Below, in pieces: positions 1-11,282 of a stretch of 64,000 nucleotides of DNA; position 1 is the first letter of the stretch, and every line of letters starts with the position of its first letter. The position numbers and the translations under genes were made by a program. Origin of the DNA: Octopus sinensis. Taxonomy: Eukaryota. The notes under the pieces are model-generated. The model made no database searches, was not told the origin of the DNA, and saw only the letters and a list, made by a program, of their open reading frames with translations. The stretch is from the NCBI RefSeq assembly GCF_006345805.1, contig NC_043013.1, positions 45,260,001-45,324,000 on the forward strand, read 5' to 3'.

Positions 1-422
1 TGCATCAGGCCCAGTCTGATCTGGCAGTGTTTCTACAGCTGGATGCTCTTCCTAACACCAACTACTCCGTGAGAATAGTGGGTGCTTTTTACGTGCCACC
101 AGCACAGGGGCCAGAGGAGGCTGACAATGGCCACGATCGATTGGTGGTTTTTACGTGCCACCAGCACAGAAGCCAGTCAAGGCAGCACTGGCATCAGTCA
201 CGTTTGGATGGTGCTTTTTACGTGGCACTGGCATGGGTATCACAACTACAATTCCATTTGATTTTTATTTTCATGTTGATGTACTTGATTCAATAGGTCT
301 CTTCAAGCACAGCAGGTTGCCCCACGATCCAAGGTAAGCACCTCAGGCCATCCTACGATCCAAGGTACTTTGAATGGGCTGGGGCTGGTTGTGTGAAGCT
401 GATGTAGGATACAGCCATGAAC

Positions 423-690
423 TCACTTTATTTGTTGGGTCTTTGTAGTCACAGCATATCTCCAGAGGTCTCGGTCTTTTGTCATTGCCTCTGTGAGGCC
501 CAGCGTTTGAAGGTCATCCTTGACCACCCCATCCCATGTTTTCCTGGGTCTGCCTCTACCCCGGATTCCTTCAACTGTTTGGGAGTGGCGCTTCTTCACA
601 CATCTCTCCTCATCCATCCGTAGTGCATGAGCATACCACATCTGATGCTTCTTATATCCAACATTTCTCTCAGGGCACACATTTGTTATT
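423..690 (-). mobile_element. RTE-X LINE 3' end fragment (reverse transcriptase C-terminus)
   Basis: ORF 423..680 has WYAHALRM...RGRGRPRKTW..VVKDDL...DRDLWR, typical of RTE-clade ORF2 ends. Adjoins the RTE-related SINE tail at 1-420. Confidence 0.85.
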
Positions 691-799
691 ATACATTGAT
701 TTCTTTGTTGTATATTGTGGTTACATAATGAAATACCATATCCCTACAAGTCATTAATATGTACATACCAGCTGATGTTTGCTATGTAAAATTGGTATA

Positions 800-1225
800 G
801 GCGTAGGAGTGGCTGTGTGGTAAGTAGCTTGCTTATGAACCACATGGTTCTGGTTTCAGTCCCACTGCGTGGCACCTTGGGCAAGTGTCCCTCTACTATA
901 GCCTCAGGCCGACCAAAGCCTTGTGAGTGGATTTGGTAGACGGAAACTGAAAGAAGCCTATTGTATATATGTATGTATATGTGTGTATGTATGTGTGTGT
1001 GTATGTGTGTATTTTTGTGTCTTGTGTTTATCCCCCCAGCATCGCTTGACAACCAATCCTGGTGTGTTTACATCCCTGTAACTTAGCGGTTCGGCAAACA
1101 GAGACCGATAGAATAAGTATTAGGCTTACAAAGAATAAGTCCTGGTGTCAATTTGCTTGACTAAAGGCGATACTCCAGCATGGCCACAGTCAAATGACTG
1201 AAACAAACAAAAGAGTAAAAGAGTA
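800..1225 (+). mobile_element. tRNA-derived CORE-like SINE (family B). Further copies at about 8080-8475(+), 12620-12990(-), 17660-18090(-), 24290-24680(+), 35660-36105(+), 43145-43555(-), 43560-44125(-), 46360-46770(-), 47375-47770(-), 58380-58750(-), 58905-59365(+), 61585-61885(-)
   Basis: A/B-box head GTGGTAAGTAGCTTG...GGTTCAGTCCC, CORE-like GCACCTTGGGCAAGTG, internal (TA)n, and the GACTGAAACAAGTAAAAGAG tail are shared by all copies. Confidence 0.85.
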
Positions 1226-1984
1226 AGTGCTGGTGTCACTTCGAAGGGATTCCAGATGTAAAAGCCATGCCAAAACTGATTTTGCCAGTGCTAGGCTCCC
1301 ATGTAAAAAGCACTCAGCCCACTCTGCAGGGTGGTTGGTGTTAAGAAGGGCATCCAGCTGTAATAACCATACTAAAACAGACACAGACGTATAGTGCAGT
1401 CTTCTGTCTGGCCAGTCTCCAGTCAAATTGTCCAACCCATGCTAGCATGGAAAGAGGACGTTAAACAATGATGGTGATGATTGCTATCAACATCATCATT
1501 TTAACATCCACTTTTTCATGCTTGCATGGGTCAGATGGAATTTGTTGAGGAGGATTTTCTATGGCCAGTGCTCTTCCTCTCACCCACTCTTACCAGTTTC
1601 CAAGCAAGGCAATATTTCCCCGTGACCAGACATGTTTTTGCAGAATACTGGAAATGATTGACACCGCTTGTGTGACAGTGACACTCATTTACAACAATCA
1701 TGTTATGTTAAAGAACAAGACAGTAACATGCACACAACACACACACATACACACAGCAGGCTTCTTTCAGCTTCTGTGAACCAGACCCACTCACAAGGCT
1801 TTGACCAACCTGGGGCTATAGTAGAAGACACTTGCCTAAAGTGCCACACAGTGGAACTGAACCTGGAACCATGTGGTTGGGAGGCAAACTACTTACCACT
1901 CAGCGATGCCTACTAAATACATTTTGGAAGTAAATCTCTTTACACACAGCATCTTGCATTAAAAAAAAACAAAAAAATACTTAC

Positions 1985-2121
1985 GTTGGTATTTGTAATG
2001 TTCCTTCCTTTATTTTTTGATCATAGAATTCTTCAATGGTTAATGTAGGCAAACTAGGATAACCAGCCCCTAGAACCTTCTTTTGGAGTTGGTCTTTTGT
2101 TATAATGAAGGGCCGGAATGA
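1985..2121 (-). CDS. IGBP1: IGBP1 coding exon 8: SFRPFIITKDQLQKKVLGAGYPSLPTLTIEEFYDQKIKEGTLQIP(T); terminal exon(s) outside the window
   Basis: TTACAG acceptor, GTAAGT donor, 137 nt. Contains the diagnostic PF-I-I-T...KV-x-GAGYPSLPT motif. No C-terminal exon was found in 1-1984. Confidence 0.96.
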
Positions 2122-2247
2122 CTGTAATTGAAGATATAGAGTAAAATATATTACAACATCAATCACATGAGCTGTACTGCCTTTTTTGTGAACTTTTAGT
2201 AATGATTAATATAAAAAAAAAATAAAAGAGATTCAAGCAAATTGTTT

Positions 2248-2667
2248 GGATCTTTTCGGTTTGAACGGCAGTTTTTAAAAATAATTTCCATGTAACTAAA
2301 CACTTTTAAACTTCATATACTGGTAGAATGTGTTTATAAAACATCTTTTTCTCTTGGCTTTATTGAGAAAAGTCTATAGTTTGTAAGATATTTGTTGTTT
2401 TTTTCTTCAATTTCTGCAATTTCAACCAATCAATGACGTCTATTGAGGTAAAAAAAAAAAAAAACCATTCTGTGCCGTATGAATATGTCCCTCGTTTAAG
2501 AAACAGATTGGGTTTATTTACATTTCTGAAGAAAAAAAGATACCCTTCCCCCACCCCTAACCCTAAAACAGATTGAAATGCAATAGATCGATACTAGGGT
2601 CATAATTATGGGTGACAATTTCATATGACACCGCTAGAAAAAACTGCCGGTCAAACCGAAAAGGTCC
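2248..2667 (+). mobile_element. MITE family 1 (GG-terminated TIRs, 8-bp TSD, Merlin-like), copy 1
   Basis: TIRs GGATCTTTTCGGTTTGAACGGCAG / CTGCCGGTCAAACCGAAAAGGTCC. Flanks AATTGTTT / AAATGTTT. Internal CCCTAA repeats. Confidence 0.8.
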
Positions 2668-2941
2668 AAATGTTTTATAGCATCAAATTTTACATGTCAT
2701 TGTAGAGAAGTAAAAACACAAAATATTGTAACCTACCGACACAAACCATATTTAAAATAAACATTTTATGGGTTAGTCAAGTGGAAGGGATTGCTCCTAT
2801 GGCCAGGGACTAGGGACAGTGATGCAGTTGATGCTCATTCATCATCATCATTTAACATCCGTTTTCGATGCTGGCATGGGTTGGACAGTTTGACAGGAGC
2901 TAGTCAGCTAAATAGCTGCTCAGGTTCATGTCTGTTTTGGT

Positions 2942-3380
2942 GGATCTTTTTGGTCTGAACTGCAGTTTTTTCTAGCAGTGTCATATGAAATTGTCACCCA
3001 TAATTATGACTCTAGTATCGATCTATTGCATTTCAATCTGGGTTAGGGTTAGAGTTAGGGTTGGTTAGGATTAGGGTTAGGTGTGGAGGGAAGGGTATCT
3101 TTTTTTCTTCAGAAATGTAAATAAACCTAATCTGTTTCTTAAATGAGGGACATATTCTTATGGCACAGAATGTTTTCACCTCAATAGACGTCATTGATTG
3201 GTTGAAATTGCAGAAATCGAAGAAAAACAGCAACAAATATCTTACAAACTATAGAATTTTCTCAATAAAGCCAAGAGGAAAAGATGTTTTATAAACACAT
3301 TCTACCAGTATAGGAAGTTTAAAAGTGTTTAGTTACGTGGAAATTATTTTAAAAAACTGCTGGTCAAACCGAAAAGATCC
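2942..3380 (-). mobile_element. MITE family 1, copy 2 (inverted relative to copy 1, inserted in a SINE)
   Basis: Reverse-complement match to 2248-2667 with the same TIRs. The TTAGGG-like tract is expanded at about 3040-3082. Confidence 0.8.
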
Positions 3381-3606
3381 ATTTTGGCTTGGTTTCTACA
3401 GCTGGATGCCCTTCCTAATGCCAATCACTTAACAGAGTGTACTGGGTGCTTTTACACAACACTGATACAGGTGCTTTTTTACGTAGCACCAGCACCCACA
3501 AGCCTACAAAATTAGGAACAAATATACAAGTGGATGAGATAACATACATTACCTTGTCTGTTTATATACATGGGATAACATTTTCCAATGTTCCATTCCC
3601 TAATTT

Positions 3607-3984
3607 GCGTCCCCAAAGTCCATCCCCTCCTCACCGTGGTGGGGACGCTAGCAACGGGTAGTGTCAGAGCTATGCCGTCGGGAACTTTGGTTCCTGGTAG
3701 GGCCACCCAAGGTGTATTGGTCTGACACCGAGTGGTATTAGGGCCACAACCTGGCAGACGGGGCTCTGGTGAAAATCCTCGGAGTGTCTGCTTCGGCAAC
3801 CGGTGGCTCCTCGGTCGTTCTGTCCTTGCGTCTGTGGGCAATCTGCGGCAAACAGGATGTCTCCACATGCAGGATTGTTGGGGACCGCTTGTGAAATCCA
3901 CATAATCCCACGAAACTTCTTCCATGAGTAGAAGAAGCAGACTCAACCTGCCCAGGGTGAATGTTGCCACAAGTATAAGTAAGT
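3607..3984 (+). mobile_element. Short non-autonomous RTE-type retroelement (structured 5' leader joined to a TAAG-type tail) with perfect 12-bp TSD
   Basis: ATTCCCTAATTT at 3595-3606 and 3985-3996. The 5' part has GAGCTATGCCGT...GTAGGGCCACCCAAG, which from memory resembles RTE/BovB/Expander leaders. The 3' end is AAGTATAAGTAAGT. Confidence 0.75.
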
Positions 3985-4237
3985 ATTCCCTAATTTAAGA
4001 ATGGTCATCATCAGTTTAACATTCACTTTTCCGTGCTGGTGTTGGTTTGTTTACATCCTCATAATTTAGTCAAAGAGACTGATAGAATAAGTACAATACT
4101 TAAAATAATAAGTAAGTGCTGGGCTGATTCGGTTGACTAAACCCTTTAAGTTGGTGCCCCAGCATGGCCACAGTACAATGAGTGAAACAAGTAAAAAGTA
4201 AAAGATCTAAAAAAAATAAAAATGTAGTTAATCTCAC

Positions 4238-4317
4238 CTTTTTCTGAGAGGGTTCTTTTGGCTGGCGCTGATGACAGTGTGCCATGTTAGGTCTTTGTTC
4301 CAAGATTTGAAGTTCAA
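4238..4317 (-). CDS. IGBP1: IGBP1 coding exon 7: (F)ELQILEQRPNMAHCHQRQPKEPSQKK
   Basis: TTTTATCTAG acceptor, GTGAGA donor, 80 nt. Completes the T|TT codon and continues the E-x-x-I-L segment. Confidence 0.88.
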
Positions 4318-5399
4318 CTAGATAAAAAAAAAATATATAGAATATATGAATATACAAAAATATAAAATATATAAAAAAAATAAAAGATAAAGTTTAAAAA
4401 ATAGATTTTCAGCAGTAAAAAAAAAAAAAGAATCTATAGAAATTATTGATTTTTTTTCTGAGGTATCTGATCAACATGGAGTTTAGTGAACTAATTCAGC
4501 TTCAGTATATTTTTAAAAAAACAGTAATGAAGGATCTCTGGCTTACTCGAGAGAGTGTGTATAGCTTAGAGATTAGGGAGTCTCTCCAGGTCAAGTTGTT
4601 ACTTCTCTGCATTGAAAGGTCACAGCTTCAGTATCATCATCATCATCATCACTGTTGTTTAACGTCAGCCTTCCATGCTGGCATAGGTTGGATAATTTGA
4701 GGCCAGGCCGGAGCCTGCACCAGACTTCTGTGTCTGTTTTGGCACAGTTTTTACAGCTGGATGCCCTTCCGAACACCAATCATCATCGTTTAGCGTCTGC
4801 TTTCCATGCTAGCATGGGTTGGATGAATGACTGAGGGCTGGCGAACCAGATGGCTGTACCAGGCTTCAATCTTGACCTGGCAGAGGTTCTACATCTGGAT
4901 GTCCTTCCTAACGCCAATGGCTATATTATTTGAATATCATAGGGAAAAACTGCAAGACAGGAAATAGGTAAAGGGCACATAATGTAGTCCTATATACCAC
5001 TATAAAAATGGAATGGTCATGACCGAGGTACCTTTATTGGTTTGTTTACATCCTCATAATTAAGCCAAAGAGACTGATAGAATAAGTACAATACTTAAAA
5101 AAATAAATAAGTGCTGGGCTGACTTGTTTGACTAAACCCTTTAAGTTGGTGCCCCAGCATGATCACAGTACAATGACTGAAACAAGTAAAAGGTTGGTTC
5201 ATGTGAGGTTAATTTATGGGGATGTAAACAAACCATTACCAGTTGTCAAGTAGTGATGAAAGAGGTGGCTAGGTATGTTGAGCTCACAGTCAGTAGGTTG
5301 TGAATTCATTCCTCAGACCAGGCAGTGCAATGTAACCTTGAGCAAGATACCTCCCTTCGTGTTAATCCACTCTGATCAGCTAAAAATGAGCACCAACAG

Positions 5400-5600
5400 C
5401 AGTGGAGGCGCAATGGCCCAGTGGTTAGGGCAGCAGACTCGCATTCGGAGGATCGCAGTTTCGATTCCCAGACCGGGCATTGTGTGTGTTTATTGAGTAA
5501 AAACACCTAAAGCTCCACGAGGTTCCGGCAGGTGGTGGTGGCGACCCCTGTTGTACTCTTTCGCTCCAACTTTCTCTCACTCTTTCTTCCTGTTTCTTGT
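5400..5600 (+). mobile_element. tRNA-derived SINE (family C). Further copies at about 18620-18962 (rearranged), 34800-35105(-), 40880-41055(-), 50895-51190(-), 63540-63850(-)
   Basis: Head GGCGCAATGGCCCAGTGGTTAGGGCAG...GTTTCGATTCCCAGACCGGGC with A and B boxes. Body AAACACCTAAAGCTCCACGAGG. Confidence 0.8.
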
Positions 5601-7156
5601 CCCTGATTTCCTACGCAACCGCTGAGCCTGGATGCGCATTCATCCATCAGTCGATGCTCTCGGTGTCGGGGGTTGACCTGCTTTCTCTTCTGCGGGTCTT
5701 ACGAATAGCAAAGGACCACGTATCGGATTTCTCCCACTACGGACGAAGACCGCTTCGCTCAACAAACAAAGCAACAACAGCAGCTGGGGATTAATTCTGT
5801 AGAGTATTAGAGTTCTCCTGAATGGGATTAGTATTTTCATTCACCTAAACAGCTTGAAGACCCTCATAATCTCCAGCCTTATGAGCTGTAGGCTTGCATT
5901 TAAGACAACTTCAAGACAGACTCCTGAATCATGATGATGATGATCATCATCATCATCATTTAGCATCCGCTTTCCATGCTAGCATGGGTTGGATGGTTCA
6001 ACAGGGGTCTGTGAAGCCAGAAGGCTGCATCAGGCCCAGTCTGATTTGGCAGTGTTTCTACAGCTGGATGCCCTTCCTAACGCCAACCACTCTGTGAGTG
6101 TAGTGGGTGCTTTTTACGTGCCACCCGCACAGGTGCCAGACGGAGCTGGCAAACAGCCACGGACGGATGGAGCTTAAATAACAGGAGACCCTTGGGGTAG
6201 ACCAGGAACAAGATGACTGGATAACAATATCCATAATTTCAGCTGGTCACACTTGAAAATCCAGCTGAAGAGTGTAATGAAGCTACTTCTGATAAAACCC
6301 TAGGAAGGAGGTGCCTGAGGACTCTACCCCAATGATGCTCCCCAAAAAAGCAGGCACAAAACATGGATGGATAGATTCTGAAAAGAATGATAAACAAAAT
6401 CACTGTTGGAATTACTGAATGAGATACAAAACCCTTTACAGTACAGCTTCTAAGCCAGGAGTTTAAATCTTAACAATTTCTACTACATCATCTATGTATC
6501 CATCTGCTTGTCTGTCACTCTAAATGAGTGGTTCTCAACCATTTTTTTTTAACTTCTGGACTCCCTTGATTCCAATTTTACTTGGATGGACTCTTTTAGC
6601 CATTTGATATTTAAAAAATCCTATTATATTTTTATAATTAAATATCCTTCTGATTTGTATAAAAAGAAAATGTTAAAATACTTTGTGTCATCTTCTTCTT
6701 CTCCTTCTTCTTCTACTTCTCCTTCTCCCTCTTCTCCTCCTCCTCCACTGCCACTGCCATCCCCACCACCCCTGCTACAACTACTACTAATATTACTAAA
6801 ATCCGTTTTCCATGCCTGGCATGGGTTGGATGGTTTGACCAGAGCTGGCAAACAGAAAGATCTGCACCAGGTTCCAGTCTGATTCGGCTTGGCTTAAACG
6901 GCTGGATGCTCTTCCTTACATATTGTAGAAGTATCAGCTAATTTACTGCACCTAATCTTTTAACAACAACAATTTATATACGAACCCCGGTCGTGAACCT
7001 CTGCACCAAATCTCATTCATTCATTCTACTGCAACGTATATCCAACAATAACAAAATGCAAAATAAGCATCAGAGGCAGGTCAACTCGCATAAGAAAAAG
7101 AGAGCAGAACCTGAAAAGACCACCAGACTCCAAACTCCAATGCTATTTCTACTTAC

Positions 7157-7226
7157 ATTTTATATTTTCATATTCATCAATAACTGTGTTGATCCAGTGC
7201 TTGAGCAGCAACATATAATATTTTCT
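7157..7226 (-). CDS. IGBP1: IGBP1 coding exon 6: RKYYMLLLKHWINTVIDEYENIK(F)
   Basis: TCTCTGTAG acceptor, GTAAGT donor, 70 nt. Matches the alpha4 RxYY....L..WI segment. Confidence 0.93.
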
Positions 7227-7289
7227 CTACAGAGAAACAAAAAACAAACAAGTCAAACACCAAGAAATATTTACAAAAAAATTACATTT

Positions 7290-7480
7290 AAATCATCATC
7301 ATCATCATCGTTTAACGTCCGTTTTCCGCGCTAGCATGGGTTGGACGGTTTGACCGGGGTCTGGGAAGCCAGGAGGCTGCACCAGGCTCCAGTCTGATCT
7401 GGCAGTGTTTCTACAGCTGAATGCCCTTCCTAACGCCAACCACTCCGCGAGTGTAGTGGGTGCTTTTTACGTGCACAGGT
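7290..7480 (-). mobile_element. RTE-related SINE with (GAT)n tail (family A). Further copies at about 1-420, 1270-1480, 4630-4920, 5935-6180, 10645-10940, 11765-12060, 12150-12355, 18170-18355, 25990-26190, 33430-33935, 35270-35470, 37430-37985, 39405-39575, 61130-61440
   Basis: Shared CATCATCGTTTAACGTCCG...CATGCTAGCATGGGTTGG...CAGCTGGATGCCCTTCCTAACGCCAACC. Some copies carry ~60-bp internal tandem subrepeats (37600-37800). Confidence 0.85.
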
Positions 7481-8584
7481 ATAACTACTATTTCCATTGC
7501 TATTTGTTTCGATGTTCATGTACATGCACTTGACTCAACAGGTCTCCTCGAGAGATGATATTTCAATCTTAACAACAGAGGGTCTCGACCTACTAAAAAT
7601 AGTAACTAAGTCGCTCCCAGATCATATCCTTTCTACCTTAAAAATGAGAAGGACCCATTGGAAAATGTAAACCCAGATACATAAAAATGAAGAATGGCCA
7701 TAATCAGAATGCCTTTGACCATAGGTCTGCTTGATAAGTACTGATCTGGAGCTAAACAGCAACTATACACTAAAAATATTTCGTCATCAATAAACTGTCA
7801 GTAAATTTAATGATGTTCATTAACACAGCTTTCCATTGGTTGTAAAAGTAATTAAATCACAATGAATCCAATTTAAAACACCCACTTAAAACTTACAATT
7901 TGTGTGAGATGTCAGATCTGGCCAGTTTGAACATAAAACAGGTAGGATAATTTGAGCTGGTTTAAATGCTAAAGGATTAAGTCTTAATTCTGTGGCTCAG
8001 ATCTATCAAGGAACACCAATTGGTATACCATAAATGTAAATTAAAGCACAGTAGATTCACAAAGACAAAAAAATCATTAGGTGCAGGAGTGCCTATGTGG
8101 TAAGTAGCTTGCTTACCAACCACATGGTTCTGGGTTCATTCCCACTGTGTGGCACCTTGGGCAAGTGTCTTCGACTATAGCCTCAGGCCGACCAAAGCCT
8201 TGTGAGTGGATTTGGTAGACAGAAACTGAAAGAAGCCCATCGTATATATGTATATATATATGTGTGTGTTTGTGTGTCCGTGTTTGTCCCCATCAACATA
8301 GCTTGACAACCGATGCTGGTGTGTTTACGTTCCTGTAACTTAGCAGTTCGACAAAAGACACCGATAGAATAAGTACTAGGATTACAAAGAATAATTCCTG
8401 GTGTTGATTTTCTCGACTAAAGGTGGTGCTCCAGCATGGCCACAGTCACATGACTGAAACAAGTAAAAGAGTAGAGTGTTGGACAAAATCCTGTTCAAAT
8501 CCTGCTACTTTATTTTATAAACTTTGCCTAGAATCCTTCTGAAGTTGATAAAATAAAATACCAGCTAAGTACTGGGTTAATCCA

Positions 8585-8788
8585 ACCCTTTAGCATTCAT
8601 ATTACTTTGTCAAACATAATGCTTATTTATCCACATTGCTTTGAATTATCTTGTAGCTTTGAGATTTTGATGATACAACTGTATACTTTTAGAATGACAT
8701 TATAAGGTAGGTGCGATAGGCCAGATCTGGCCAGTTTAAATATTTTGGCTGGATATGGCTGGCGTAAATGCTTAAGGGTCAACTGACT
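8585..8788 (+). mobile_element. piggyBac-like MITE
   Basis: Ends AACCCTTTAGCATT / AATGCTTAAGGGTC. Related fragments at about 7900-7980, 12070-12483 (SINE-interrupted) and 26640-26880. Confidence 0.5.
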
Positions 8789-9485
8789 AACCCTTTCCCA
8801 ACATATTGTGGCCAAGTGCCTATTTTAGGAACAATACCATAAGAGTAGAGGAACAGCAATGGTCATGCTTGGACCATGTCTACTTTACCTGTCTTTACTA
8901 TGGCCACTAGCAAAATCTACAGGTGTAAAGACATAATGTGATGAGAATGTGAAGGGAAGAGAATACATCATGTCCAAACTGTCACCTGCAACCCACATGG
9001 TTCATCATTGCAAGTTGGAAAGTGAAGTGTAGCCCTCAGTTAGACACAGCTAAGGTATACCTGAAACAGCAGATCTATGGGTTGTACCTAGTTGTCTCAC
9101 CATATGACTGTTTGATCAAATCTCACCAAGGACTAAACAGTTATATTGTTATAATCCTTTAAAATGTTGGATTGATAAAACGCTCACTTCCGTATACAGT
9201 ATACTTAGTAAAACCAGTAAAGACATGACTATCACTGACTGCCTACTATGTACTCCAGTACTTCACATACTTCTCTTTACTTATAGTGACTAGGTCATTC
9301 CATTACGATAAATTAGATAATACATTCTTACAAGCCTTTAATAAAGACTCGATGGTCACAGCAGGAATGCTTTTAACCATTGGTTTTTCTCAACTGAAGC
9401 TGACCCACAATTGAACAGCAGCAACAACAACAACACTAAATTAGAACATCATGTCAACAATAAATTAATGATTTTGAAGACTTAC

Positions 9486-9621
9486 CTCAACCTCTTCTTC
9501 AACATGGCTCTTTTCCACATGAGTTCGAAGTTCCTTTAATTCAGTTATTATTCTTTTTTGTTCTTTATATCTTTCAATTTTACTTTGTCTTTGGTTTGCC
9601 ATTTCTTGTAAACTTGATTCT
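9486..9621 (-). CDS. IGBP1: IGBP1 coding exon 5: (R)ESSLQEMANQRQSKIERYKEQKRIITELKELRTHVEKSHVEEEVE
   Basis: ATTTAG acceptor, GTAAGT donor, 136 nt. R-x-x-K-I-E-R-Y-K motif (PP2Ac-binding helix of alpha4). Lies within ORF 9465..9698. Confidence 0.95.
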
Positions 9622-11169
9622 CTAAATATCAACAGACAAACAATATTAAATACTATTTTATTAATATTATTACTTATCTTCCTTCTAGCAACCCTCACAT
9701 AATGTCGGGTTGTCTATAGTAAGACATCTGTGCTTATCCCTCTATTATACATTAGCCTTCAACACATGGTCTTAAGTCACCACTTTCTCTTGCAAATAAA
9801 ATTCCCACTCATTTGAGAGGGGCTTTTTCTCTCTCTTTTCTTTGCAAGTTATTCACCAACCTCACTAGTGCTGGTACCATAAAAAAATGTACCTAGTACA
9901 CACTGTAAAGTGGTTGGCATTGGGAAGGGCATCCAGCTCTGTGGCTCATTGGATCTGGTCATACTGTCTCATCCATGCCAGCATGGACAAAGGATGTTGA
10001 AATGATGGTGATAATGACAAGTCTCAGAAGTCAATATACAAAAACAATGGTAGATATTACATCAAGTAAAAGACATTTTAGCCATTTAAAAAAACATACA
10101 AAAACTGTTAAATTAAATTTCCATTTATTTCCCAAGGTGTCAAAAATTCCGATGCATTATTGCAACCAGGACACTGACACAATTCCACAGTAGATGACAC
10201 TGTAATGGGAAACAGGTCACAGTGATGCAATGAAATTCTTGACATTTTGAGAAATAAATGAAAATATAATTTGAACAGCTTTTCCGTTTTGGAATGGCTA
10301 AAAATGGCTTCCACATGATGTAGTTGGTTCAGTTTCCCACATGGTCATGGAATGCATCACTTGTTAGATAGAAACAAGTACATTTTAACATCAGTTTTTT
10401 TCATGATGTCAACATGGAAAAGCAACCAAGGTGGATGGTGCTGGTGACTTTTTTCATGCCACTAACACAGAGAGTCTGCCACATATCTTGCAAGAAAAGA
10501 GAAGGAAAAACACCTTCTTGATCGAGTGTGAAAGGATGTATTTGAGAGAAAGGAAGGTGGCTTTGTGACAAGTATTGGGAGGTTAAAGTAACATCGAGGG
10601 ACAAGTACAAAGTGTCTTGCTATAGATGAAATGCATGGTTACTCTCATCATCATCATCATTTAACGTCCGCTTTCCATGCTAGCATGGGTTGGACGATTT
10701 GACTGAGGACTGGTGAACCAGATGGCTGCACCAGACTCCAATCTGATCTGGCAGAGTTTCTACAGCTGGATGCCCTTCCTAATGCCAACCACTCCGAGAG
10801 TGTAGTGGGTGCTTTTACATGCCACCGGCACAAGGACCAGTCAGGCAGTACTGGCAACGGCCACGCTCAAATGGAAATACCATGTACATACAAGTCATTA
10901 AACTTTACAGACCGTACCAGGTGCTTTTCTTGCGCTACTAGCGGTGGGAATAGCTGGAAAGAAGCTAAAGATGGTGATGGAATGCCAGAGCATCTCAAAA
11001 GTACAAGAAGGAAAGTACAAGAGAGAATGCAGGCAGTGGACTGGGGTGGAGAGGAGAGGTAGTAACTTTGTATGAATGTCAGAGGAGGGTAACCAATGGT
11101 CAGATATGGGGTGGTACCTACCTTAGTATCAGCCAAAACATACCTAGATTGCCATTTCAAAACACTTAC

Positions 11170-11282
11170 CTGCTTTTATTACTATTGCTGGGTCCTTCTT
11201 CATCTTCCTCATCATTCTGATCCAGTCTGACGGAAGTTAATTTATAGAGAGAGCAAAGTCTCATAAAATCTTTAAAGTAAGC
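11170..11282 (-). CDS. IGBP1: IGBP1 coding exon 4: AYFKDFMRLCSLYKLTSVRLDQNDEEDEEGPSNSNKS(R)
   Basis: TTTTTCTAG acceptor, GTAAGT donor, 113 nt. Phases consistent with exons 3 and 5. Confidence 0.92.

Noticed and set aside
1-1984. IGBP1 terminal exon (expected W-D-D/E-W-K-D...G-x-GN motif)
   Set aside because: Not found. This interval is SINE/LINE sequence, so the exon is presumed to lie outside the window.
3040-3082. Interstitial telomere (TTAGGG)n
   Set aside because: It is a short internal part of MITE family 1 and is present in all three copies.
3607-3730. Assignment of the leader to a specific HDV-like or twister ribozyme
   Set aside because: The GG needed for P1.1 after P1 and a C-containing J4/2 could not be placed, and motif order does not fit twister. 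It is kept only as an unclassified structured leader.
3512-3970. 152-aa minus-strand ORF
   Set aside because: It is antisense to a TSD-bounded retroelement inside IGBP1 intron 7 and has no recognisable domain.
5400-5480. tRNA genes at SINE heads (also 31490, 41000, 51130 and others)
   Set aside because: A/B boxes are present but they continue into SINE bodies and do not give a complete cloverleaf.
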